In this document: in pieces, positions 1-11,177 of the stretch
Position numbering within the stretch: the stretch's first letter is position 1
Layout of the letters: every line of letters starts with the position of its first letter
From: Bigelowiella natans CCMP2755
Taxonomy: Eukaryota; Protista; Cercozoa
Direction of reading: 5' to 3'
Assembly (NCBI GenBank): GCA_000320545.1
Contig: ADNK01000503.1
Coordinates: forward strand, 62,001 to 126,000
Length of the DNA: 64,000 nt
Notes under the pieces: model-generated
Database searches by the model: none
Told to the model about the DNA's origin: nothing
What the model saw: only the letters and a program-made list of their open reading frames with translations
Translations under genes and position numbers: made by a program

Positions 1-832
1 ACGAACTTGCGGCAATTCGAGTCACAGGTACTGCTAATACTAATTGTTGTTCAGTGTGAGCAAAAAGTGAGTCCTATGGGGAACACTATGACAAGAATTT
101 TAGTCAACCACACTGGCAGCAGTTGGCTGGAAATATCAATTCAAGCTCCCCCCCTCCGCAACGCTCTGTCTCTCATTCTTCTTCTCAATGTTCTCTCTTC
201 TCGCGTAGATTTGGCAGCTCGTGATACACAGCTCAATGTCAGCCATAGGGATGTGGGCGTACAGTGTACGTATTAATGACTGTGAGTGTTAATATGTACA
301 TGAAAGAAGTAGTATTTATCTTTTCTCGGTAACGTGATCAACTTCTTGGTTTTCTTTGTTGTGATTGTTCTTTGCAATTTTGGGAATGGTTCATTGACGT
401 CAAATATATCATCATCACTATCAGCCAACGTTGTAGTTATCACCAACAACCTGCTGCTTCTTGTCACTTACAGAAAGGGCCGGATTTCATGAATTACCCT
501 TCCTTGTACGTGAATGCGGAGCAATTAGAAGGAAAACCTATATCGGTGAGTGGGGGGGGGGATAAGTTAGTATTAGTCGGTAGCAGTAACAACATCATTC
601 TCTTCATACAGCTTTTCACAAAAACTAATTGCAGGCTGCCGTGGAGTGGCTTTATGTGATACAGCTGGCTGTATGGTTTGTCACGCTCATATCCTTAAGA
701 TTCTTCGAAGTAATAATGATCTAGATTAACAATAGAGTGAAAGAAAAAGTCGAATGATTTCATATAACGATCTCATCGTGTGTTGCATGGAATATAAAGA
801 TTTCCTGTACTCAATGGCAATAACCTTCCGAA

Positions 833-880
<48 letters not shown>

Positions 881-2709
881 TAACAGGTTCGGGCGGCCGA
901 TCATCACGTGATGTATTCACATCATGTCACGACAATTGCTGTCGTTCTTGTCAGCTATGGTATTTTTATATTGTAAAATGAATATAGCAACAAAGTGAGA
1001 TAGAGGATGGTGATGATGTTGGTGTGCGGATCAGGATTTGGACGCTATGGGAACTTTGGTTTGGTCGTATTTTTGCTCCATGACATCTCCGATGTTCCCC
1101 TGGTGAGAGAAAAAATAGAAGAGAAGAAGAAAGAGAGAGGGAGAAAGAGTCGCTAGTAATTTTGGAGAAGGGAGAAGGATGATTCAAATTGATTGTCAGG
1201 GCTAGTATGCATGGTAGAATTATATGCATAAGTGATAGCGAAAATCGGCACTGTTGCAGCTAATTAAATATGCTCATCTTCATCTCCATATTTCTCATCT
1301 AAACTGTAAAATTGTACCATAATCAACACACAGGACGTAATGAAGTTGGTCAATCTTCTTCACCTCCAAGGCCCACCGACCTATCTTGCTGAGGCATCAT
1401 ACGTGGCAAATATGTTTATCTGGTGATAACTACATGCATCGAAAAATTGAAGGAAAATAATGAAATAATTAAGGTTGCAAGCTGCTTCCTCTTTTCTTTC
1501 TCTTTTCAAGCTTTTGGTTTATCGCAGTATCAGAGTAATCTCAGTGATGGCTTTTCTTCTGATTCTAAGATAATTGAGATCCATCAAAGCTGAATTTACT
1601 TTCGTGTTTGTGTTTATCAGGCTTTTTAGTCGTGTGTACCTATTCCCGGTATACGTGATCTATTATGGAGTGTGGGGTGCTATGTACTTAGAAAAGTCGC
1701 CGAGGGGGAACCCATACTGGTTTGTACATTTATGTGCTGCTGCTGCTGCTGCTGCTGCTGTTGTTGTGCCTTTGTCGAATGAAGTAAATAAGAGACATCT
1801 GGGTCCGATTTGATGTAGCGATATGTACTCCCATATAGCATTTAGGGATGATTGTTCAAAGGAAAGTAGGCATTATTGAGGGAGGGGAGGATGCAGGGTG
1901 TGCCAGCGATGATGTTCGCGATCATCGCACTGGTTTATTCCCAAAATAGCAGTAGGGCCTTATTACATCCATCATTATTAAGGTGCGAGAAAATGAAGCC
2001 TGGCTTACCATTGCACCAAACTTTAGTTTCTACGGGGAAGCAAGATATATGGTAACAACAAAAGATTAACCACGAAAAGCTGCAAATGAAGAATTTGTGA
2101 ATGAACCCATGGTCATCGGTGTAAATCTCTGTCAGTGCTAATGAGCCTGGATTTATTCTCTTTTTTCTTTTCATGGTTATTACCACTTCCTCTCTCAGGA
2201 AGAACGCATATGTTCAAGACTGCGAGTGCTGCGGAGGTAGTGCATGAATATGCATGATTAATATCACGGTGTTTGGATTTCTCAAATAATCTTGTTTGCT
2301 ATCTCTACCCTTCGATCAGGAATAGCTTGCTTTGTGCTGCTATGCGTGCTGCAGTGCCTTCACATCTGGTGGTCATACTTGGTAAACAATCACTCCACAA
2401 TAAATTTCGTAAACCCATAATTGTTTCTTTGAGAGAGTGTCTACTACAGTATGAGCATCGAAAGGTGTAGACGGTTTCTAGACTAATGTTTCATAAAACA
2501 GCTTCTACGCATCGGCTATCGTGCGCTAATTCTTGGAGAAAATTCGCATGAGGTCAACTTCCGAAGCCATTTGAACAAATTAGTATTTCAACTCTACCAC
2601 CTTTTCCCAACTTTATGAGGCCCGACTTATCATTCAGGTTGCCTCGCAAGAGTATTTTGTGAAAGAAGATGAAGATGAGAAGAATACGGACAAGAAGAAA
2701 AACGACTAG
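1..2709 (+). CDS. LAG1: Ceramide synthase (LAG1/LAC1/CerS, TLC domain), multi-exon, 5' end outside window
   Basis: Not in the ORF track. Hand-spliced GT-AG exons read RQFESQ|IWQLVIHSSMSAIGMWAY..AAVEWLYVIQLAVWFVTLISLRFFE|VRAADHHVMYSHHVTTIAVVLVSY|GFGRYGNFGLVVFLLHDISDVPL|DVMKLVNLL..W|LFSRVYLFP..GIACFVLLCVLQCLHIWWSYL|LLRIGYRAL..|VASQEYFVKEDEDEKNTDKKKND*. The Lag1 motif (HH and HDxxD) is intact. C-terminal KKxx; TAG at 2707-2709. Confidence 0.92.
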
Positions 2710-2910
2710 GAGGGTGGACATATTTGCTAATTTACGACGGACCAAGTATCGCAACAACAATTTATGCGCCGGAAATTGCTTATGAACAAAAATCGTAGCC
2801 AAGGAAGTGCAATGAATCACATTGACAATGTGCTGGAAGTCATTGCGATTCACGAACATCATGCTTTGTTGATTCAAACAGCGATCGATGAGACATTACG
2901 TCATTAGTAA

Positions 2911-3620
2911 TGCAGTGAACATTGCGATGCGATGCACGCATGCGTGATGTGAGACGGATGCAAAACGTGTTTGTGTGATTTTTGCATGACGTTCAAGTCA
3001 GCAAATTCTAGCCACAGAGCTCAACGCAACGAGCTAGCGCTAGAGCGCCAAAATTGCGCATGTGCACATGTCTGCTGATGTGCACTGCCATGCATGTTGG
3101 CCACTTGCGCTTGAGAGGGGAGATCGACAGCTAGACACCAGACTGGCAGATTAGCCTCGAAGGAGAGCGCATTGATCTTCTCTGGTTTTGACGCCAACCC
3201 TTTGAATTTTTCCTTTTCTTCACCACTTGGGAAAAAGCGATCGTGTGCGATCCCCCCTCTGTCAAAAGTCTTCGCAAAGAACACGAACAAGCAAACAAGC
3301 GTGACGAAGAACTGCACTGCTTCCAAAACGTGGCAAGGTGGACACTTGCAAAGCACGAAACGCAGTGCCTCGAACCAGCTTTGGTGAGATGGAAGGGATT
3401 TGAAAATTTGGCATTTCAGCTGCATGGAGCACCAGAGCAGCGCAATCAGCAGGCAGCAATGTGGCGGCAAAGAGTTTCGGCAACCCTGTGCGCAAAGAAA
3501 AGTTCACATCTCATGGTTGCAATTGCTTTCGGAAGTCGGGAGTTGAAAAGACAAAATGAGATTCCACACAGATTGCCCTGCAAACCTCCACTGCTAGACT
3601 GGTCTCTCACTGCACACGTG
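2911..3620. other. TpA-depleted tract (TA survives almost only in CTAG)
   Basis: Hand count: 6 TA in 710 bp (5 CTAG, 1 TTAG), with none in 3154-3594. All four overlapping ORFs here lack Tyr. Confidence 0.9.
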
Positions 3621-3700
3621 TAGTTAGAAAGCCGACGCCTTGACGTTCATCTTCAATTGTTCATCTTTGTCCAGGTGTGTCACCTCAGGATGACAAAATC
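3100..3700 (-). pseudogene. Probable decayed gene fragment of unknown family, inside the TpA-free tract
   Basis: The minus strand shows an acceptor-like TTTTCTTTGCGCACAG followed by GLPKLFAATLLPADCAAL, and the protein-like stretch DRGGIAHDRFFPSGEEKEKFKGLASKPEKINALSFEANLPVW. It is Cys/His-rich and Tyr-free, as expected after TAY->TGY/CAY changes. No family recognised. Confidence 0.35.
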
Positions 3701-4082
3701 AATTCAAAGAAGCGTAAGAAATTAAAATACAGCAATAGTACATGAATCATCAAAAATTATGCACAATGATCTAAAGAGACATATTTTATACGTATTTTAT
3801 GTCCAATAAGGCCATACATTTCTAGTAAGTAATTTTACGGCAGAACATAGAAGAGCTGGAGACCTTGCGTCATCACGAATTTAAGTTTTTCAATTTATCA
3901 CTCTAGGGTCATACTTATAATAAATATAGTCTATTATATTGTAACGACATGTCATTCTAATCAATTATTGAGAGAGACACCTACCCAAGCGTGAATGAAT
4001 CATCCCCTTATAATCCCGTAGTTTACCATCTCTCCCTACGGCCCCACCCCCCCTCTCGGCATCACCGTAGAATCAGAGAAAG

Positions 4083-6437
4083 ATGGTTGTGCTTGCGGCG
4101 GCAGTGACGAGCAAGACAGGCAAAGTACTGGTGTCGCGGCAATTCATGGAGATGCGACGCATTCGGATTGAGGGACTATTAGCAGGGTTCACTAAACTCA
4201 TGGGAAAAGGAAAGAACCAGCACACCCTGATTGAGACCAACGAGGTTCGCTACGTCTACCAGCCACTTGAGGGCCTCTACGTTCTCATCATTACAAATCC
4301 ACAAAGCAATATCATGGAGGTAAGTAAATTTTTGGCAAAGCAAATGTCGAGAGGTGTAAAATAAAAAGAGCGATTTCTGCGCGCTCATGCTGCAGTGTGC
4401 ATCCCAATTTAACGAGTAAATCTACGAGTATTCGGGAATTTCACACTTGCATTCTTACATTCTAAAAATCATGGGGATTTTAAGAGATACAAAGGGACCA
4501 TGAACTCTAGTCAATATTAAATACGATGCCAATTCTATCATTTTTCTGTTTTCAGGATCTGGACACATTGCGGTTGCTTTCCAAGCTTATTCCTCAATAC
4601 TGTGAAGGAACAACAGAGGAGGTAATGATAGAATCAACGTTTTGCACACTTTTGACATGCTAAAATTTGAACGCGATTATAGGATGTCAAACAACACACC
4701 TTCGAGCTAATCTTCGCCTTCGATGAAGTTGTGACAAACGGCTTTAAAGAGTATGTCACATTGCAACAGGTGATAACAAATATCTATAGGTGTGGGGAAG
4801 TATATATCTAATATACAAAATTTTCCCAAATATCACACGATCACTTCATCCAGATAACGAAAGTTAAATAAGCGAGGTGTTCATTATTGACACATTAGGT
4901 TAAAACCTACACGACAATGGACTCCCATGAAGAGCGAATCCAGAATATCATTACTCACAGCAAAATTAATGAAGCGAAAGATCAGGCTAGGTCTAAGGTC
5001 AGAATGGAAACCTCATAGATGTTACCGAAGTGGGAGAACCAGCGACTCCTTGCAAACCTCCCAATCACCCCAATTGACGCTTGGTTGTGCTGTTTGTAGG
5101 CAAAGGCAATAGAGCAGAAGAAACGAGAGCTAAAAATGGCAGGGGAAATGGGAGGAGATATGAGCGGCATGGGTGGTATGGGATCGGATAATATGGAGTC
5201 ATCCATGAGCCACCGTCCTTCCTCACGGGTTGTGCCTGAGTTTACACGAGATCCCTCTCCAGAACCAAAGGAAGATATTCGTACTGGCCCTGCAGGAAAT
5301 GGTGAGAGAGGAGGGGGAAAACAAAAAATAGGGAAGAAGACTGGGAGAAGGGAAGGGAAATCTTACCACTTTCGTGATCAAATTTCACCATTTTTGTGTC
5401 GGTAAATATAGTAGAACACACGGGAACAGATGAACGATAGCGTAATTAATAACATTGTGTTTCTCAGTTGGTGGTATGGTCTTGGGTGGGCCTTCCGATT
5501 TACATGCAGATGATTTCGTCAAAGCTCTTGGAATTAAGGTGTTGTGATGCCCTCAAGAATATTGCTTGTACATGAACTAAAACCACCTTATTTATAAAAA
5601 CTTAAATGATCTCCTCAGGATACAGCGCCGGAGCGTAATCCCTTCGAAGTACAAAAGAAGACTGTTCCATCAGAGGAACTTAAGGATGGAGTTATGCTGC
5701 TTGTAGACGCCTCAGAAACACTCCATGTTGAAATGGGAACTGATGGTTCCGTGCGCAAATTCGAGGTTAAGGGAGGCATTAAACTTACATGTTTCTCTCC
5801 CGATGTCTCCAGGGTTATGGTTAAGACGAATGGACCGCTTAAGAAGCCGTTCATGAGTCGAATGCAACCTCGTCTCGACAAGAAAAAATGGGCCAAAGGC
5901 TTTTTAGGATCAAAGGATCCTTCGAAACCCTTCCCCACGGGCTCTGCAGATGCTCTCACGCTTGTCACGTGGAAGCTGAGTTCTCAAGAGGAGGATCTCG
6001 TGCCATTCTCTATTAACTGCTGGCCGGCAACAGAAGGGAACAGCTCCGTCGTTTCTGTCGAATTTGAACAGACTAACCCAGATATTGTCTGCAAGCATGT
6101 GACGATCTCGATTCCATGTCCTTCCAGTAAAGCCCCTGAGATACAGAGTGTTGATGGGAAGGCGGACTTCCTCTCACGCGACAAGATCCTAGCTTGGCAC
6201 ATTGACGAAATATCCGAGGAGAACAGTTCTGGAGCCTTGGAGTTCTGTGTTCCTAAGATGGAAGCTGCTTCCTTCTTCCCAGTGGAAGTCACTTTCACCT
6301 CACCCACTCTGTACTCGAGAATGGAGGTGCAAAAAGTAGTTCAGGCTGACGATCCGAGCCAGGAGGTTGAGCATAAGCTCAAGTCTATGTTGACGACGCA
6401 CAAATACACCATTGTTTCTGACAATTCAGAAGATTAG
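4083..6437 (+). CDS. ARCN1: Coatomer subunit delta (delta-COP), multi-exon
   Basis: N-terminal longin domain [47 protein letters not shown]|[21 protein letters not shown], then MDSHEE. C-terminal mu-homology domain includes [18 protein letters not shown] and FFPVEVTF. Confidence 0.97.
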
Positions 6438-6797
6438 AGATGCTGCTGCTGTCGAACCAAATTGAATATGAAAGCGGGATCGGTCATAATAAAAGTTCAT
6501 AACTTAATAGAACAACAATCAAATTAGCATTTGGTATTGTGTAACTTACTTGCAAAACATACATCCACCACACCAGCAAGATGTTTTTTCACCTACCAGG
6601 AACGCAACAATGAGAATGTTAGATTCTGCAAATTCGTGTTGCATTCGCTTGTTACTCGTTGTGACGACTACTCACTTGTGACCGAGCAAGCTACGAAACG
6701 TGTGCACGACGCAGTGTCTACGCGACTGACACCTATGGAGCATCAAAACATGCGATGCAGCTAGCTGGGCACAATCCATGTCTGATCAATGATATAA

Positions 6798-7600
6798 GCG
6801 GCATGCAACAACATGCTCATCATTGCTGCAATGTTTTGCTGTCCGCCTCAGCTAGTCAGGTGCCATTCCATCACTAGATCATCCATGCAACGCAATGCAT
6901 GTGTGACTCTAGTCAACTGCACGAATGCAATTGCTAGCATGACATGAAGCAAACGAATGGATTCGTTCTCTGGAATGCCAGGTGCTCAATTACGCAGACT
7001 AGCAGAGTGCTTGCTTTGCGCCAGGATCCATTGTTGGCATCTCGAACGACGCTCCCCATGTTGTCTCCCGCACTCTAATCTATATCTACCTCCTCGTCGC
7101 ACAGAGCCTGGATCGGAGGGGATCGAAAGTGCGAAAGAATGCCAGGCATAGCATCGAGACATTAACGTGCCGTTTCTGAGCTCTTGCGTCTACATCAGGC
7201 GTAGCATAGGCTATGCATGTACGTTTAGCTGAGCTAGCTGAGCCACATCTATATATAAACATGTATTGCAAATTCGACAGCGTGCGAAGTAGCGATGCAA
7301 ATATCGTATAGTATAGTACAAGCAAGCGCGACTAGCTAGCGCAGACTAAAAACAAGCTCAGGTGTCTGGATGAACACCTAGTGTGGTGCTGTCTTTCGAA
7401 ATCATAGCATGTCGATGTCGATGTTTACAGAAGTTCATACACAACTAAAGAAGCTCAACGCACCAGCGCTTCGCAGCACCAGCACTATATGCAATGCTAG
7501 CAAATCGAAGTACATGAGACAAAAAACGAGACACAAGTCTAACTATCGTTTGATGCGATGTGTCGCAGTCTACTATTTCAGCTCTGATGTTCCGGAATAC
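6798..7600. other. CTAG-rich, partly TpA-depleted convergent intergenic tract
   Basis: 6798-7074 has 6 TA in 277 bp, 5 of them in CTAG. Further CTAG/GCTAGC occur to about 7500. TGCA/CATG-rich. Confidence 0.75.
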
Positions 7601-7655
7601 ATTTTTTCATTCGTTGATAGTTGTATTTCCTTGAGATGATGGAATTGATGATGTA

Positions 7656-10600
7656 CTATGCCGAACTGTTATAAATAACCATGTCTATTATGAAGATCAA
7701 CGCAATATTGTGCATCTTTACTTGGCCAAAAAAGATAAATAATGCAATCATTGTGATCATGATGCCACCCACCTTTGAGAAGGTTGTGCCTTGACCCGAA
7801 TTGAGTCTGTTTTGCAGTGAGACAAGTTTAGATATCAAACATTGTTCATTTATTTGATAGGAATAATCGGCTAGTTTTCACACGTATTCAAGAGTACTCT
7901 TTTCTACCTTAAAATCTTCGATTGTGGGCCTTCTACGGAACTCTGCAATTTTATAGAGGTCAGGCTCCCCACTTTGATATACATGTGCATTGTAAACATT
8001 ACATACCTAATGCAAAAGCTTCGTTATGAGAACCGCCTGAGAAAGATCCTACGTAAGAATATAATTCCCAAAAAAAATTATTAGCGCAAACAAGCAACTA
8101 TACAATGCCAGATTCTAATTACTGCTTTTAAGTTACCACTCATTGTCTTCGGTCTCTGAGAAAGGTTTGAACCTAAGACATACACTGAATAAATCTCCCT
8201 CACAACTATTAATTGACACCCTACTCTATATCGCTACATTGCGACCTGAGCGCCTCCGCATTTTTGCCTCCCTTTCCAATTTATGACCAAGCCTCGCTAT
8301 CGGGCCTAGAAGATTCGATAAGGGGGGGGAAAGTTAATAGAAATATCTGATTGAGCCTGTCCGCTTTTCATGAAGTACCCAGATCGAGGGATAGATTCCC
8401 CCTCGCGTAATGCAATAACTCGAGAACGAAGGAAACCTAAACGGGTCGAAGCGAGGTGGCGGTGGGAACAGAAAGATGGTCAGTCGTCAGTTGTCAGGAT
8501 CATGTCGCACTCAGTAAGTCAATCGATCACGTTCGAAAATTACCAAATCCTTGAAATTCTCCTCCTCTAACAAGCGAGGGAATGCTCTGAATTTTAACAA
8601 AACTATTTGTTAGCAACGTACATCAAAATATTATGAAAGCTCTGCAATTGAATATTCGCATAACCTAAAGCAGTTCTGCAGATCCACATGCGGGATCTGA
8701 TGATAATAAAGTGCAGAAGTACCAAAGATGATTAACAAATTATAATGCGCCTACCAGCGTACTGCATTCTAGGTCTGTCAAACAGAGAATTTGAAACTTA
8801 CATTCATCCTAAAATTTCTTCGAGTTCGAATATGTCTCAGACTGATGTGCAATATCTGTGACAAAAGCTATTAGTAAACAAAATATTTAGTTGCGAGGAA
8901 AGAATAGTGGATACCCGTTTATTATTCCGCTTCATCTGAACCGCTTGTTCAGTTTCATTCTCATATCTCATACATGAATATAGCGAAAATGCTTCACCGC
9001 CGACCATGCATAATTCCTTCGTTAGACTATTCCCCATAAAAAGAAAATATAATCAGTGAACCATAACCAGTAATATGTGTGGTTAATAGAATGAGGATTG
9101 TATATTTACCTTAGACCATTTACTTTAAAATCTATATCTGATTTCATGGAAGCTGTGGCAGCTGCTGTATGTGAGAAAATATAACAAAATATTTGATATC
9201 TGCGTAGTCTGCGTCCTGGCAATATAATTTATATATCCTGCAGTTCGGTGAAGGATTTACCCGTGAATGGTCTGCTTTGCGAGGGTGTCCCTATATATTT
9301 CATGTCAAACCGTAAAAATGAAAAAGTGGTTCGTTTGCAGAGCATTTTGCTTTTTGACTACTACCGAAGTTTAGTTCCTTGTTCCTTTTCAATATGGAGT
9401 AATCCCTTTTGGTGATATGAAGAGTGGTATGAATTTTTGTACAGATTAGAAAGGGTGGGCGAAGCAGCACCTTCGTAGTTGTGCCCGCACCCCGCTTTCC
9501 ACGCCTAGTTTCTGTGTAATAATTCAGCAGTTCAGTTGGTCAAAGCTTGTTCTATTTGAGGCACATTTTGAAGTAAATGTAATTGGGATCACCTGTGTCC
9601 TTAGTCTTCGTACTCTTTCAAATTTATTCGTATTTTTCGAGTGCTGTAAAATGGCATCAACTTCATGATAGAAAAGAATGGGGTGTCGCTATGCATACCC
9701 ACCTCTTTGATGTACTTGTGAATAGGATACATGGACTTTGTTCTGTTCAAATTCACGCACATGCGCTGATTATCCTCAGAGATCCTTTGCCGTTCTAGTT
9801 TCTTGTGAGCACTATGTACGAAAAATAAAGTTAAATACCACCACATTTACTGGGGCTGTAATTGGGCTACTTACATGTTATTTATTGGGATTCCAACTTT
9901 TAATCTATTATCTAATTGCTTCTCCACTTGAATTCTGATATATCAGTAGTAGAAAGATTCTCAATACAATTGTAGCACTGTTGGGTTTTAATTTCTGAGA
10001 GGTAGTTATACTGTTTGAATCGGTTTAGCAGTCGAGCATTCTCCACTTTTACTTGCTCCCGCCTTACTGGAAGGCAATAATAGAGAATTTCATGACGCGT
10101 GAGTCCAAATTCATATCGTCCTCTCACAAAAATTTTGGTGACTGTAGCTATTAGCGGGCACAATAGACATACGTATATATTATATATATTATATATATTA
10201 TATATACTGTGTCTATAGTGGGCACCTGCGTCCCAGGATGGATCCAGGTTCTTCCCTGAACAATGTATTAGTAATATGTCAAAGGATCTACATTTTGATT
10301 AACTACTTTGAGATAATCATAGCGACATTTCTTCAAAAGCATACAACCTGGAGGAGCTTTCTCCCTCTTCTTGTTTATATACATTCGCTCTATGCGAGTC
10401 TAAATAGGATTTATATGCTTCAACAAATGTTCGGCATGTAAAAAAATCAGATTATTCGACATGTACGAACGGTCTTGCCCGTGAAACCCGTTTTCTGTGC
10501 CTCAAATACTCCTAAGTATATCCACACGCACTCAGATAATGTATAGTTTTCAATATGAGAGGACAAGGCCACCTTATGGGCGACAGATTTCGAAAAGAAG

Positions 10601-10674
10601 TCAGTCATTCCAAAGCAGGGAAGGGGGCAATCAGGGTAACTCCAAGAAACGATGGGTTTTGGGAAGAACGACAT
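7656..10674 (-). CDS. CFAP97/Hemingway (KIAA1430)-domain protein, multi-exon; 3' end approximate
   Basis: Spliced reading MSFFPKP..KSVAHK|EYLRHRKRVSRARPF|TRIERMYINKKREKAPP|GKNLDPSWDA|VRREQVKVENARLLNRFKQ..KLERQRISEDNQRMCVNLNRTKSMY. This matches the family pattern Y..HR.R..A, EN..LL, and rI..eN..l. Exons below about 9.5 kb are not resolved. Confidence 0.6.
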
Positions 10675-11177
10675 CAAGTTCTTTCTTGCGTCATTTTGTA
10701 TTCCATGTCGCTCATATGAAATCCCGCAAAATCGGTAGCCGTTTCAATTCCTCTTGAGATGTTTTTTGAGCCGAATATATCGAAAGACTTTCACGATGAC
10801 ACCGAAGAGCGTTTTAGAACTTGCAGATTCACGTTTATATGCGATGCACATGGACAAGATATTATCCGTTGTAATTACGTATCAGCATAGGCAACGTTAT
10901 TCCCAACAACAAAAGCAAGCCGAAAATAATTTACCCAATAAATGAACAAGCTCCTTCGCTTCTCCTTTGCATTGGCGGGAAGCACTTTGCGATCGATCGA
11001 CGGAACCTTGTCCCCCACCGGCGCACGGATGAGAATGTACGCACACAACCTCCCCGTAGAAGATCAGACTCTAAGCTTTCCTCGTCTTTAAATGTTCTTC
11101 TGCACGCTGTTGCATAGGCGATATTGCGGGGCCTTGATTTACGTATCCATTGCTCTCACCAGCTAAATCAACAAGAG

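Noticed and set aside
2554-2877. Minus-strand ORF resembling a type II membrane protein
   Set aside because: It is the antisense shadow of the Lys/Glu-rich last exon of the ceramide synthase.
3243-3623. ORF with LVRWKGFE resembling a chromodomain
   Set aside because: Only a short match with no downstream TWE motif. The ORF is open because TA-containing stops are absent from this tract.
2638-6437. KKxx-bearing enzyme next to the COPI delta subunit as a functional cluster
   Set aside because: KKxx tails are common on ER enzymes and bind alpha/beta'-COP rather than delta-COP. Adjacency is probably coincidental.
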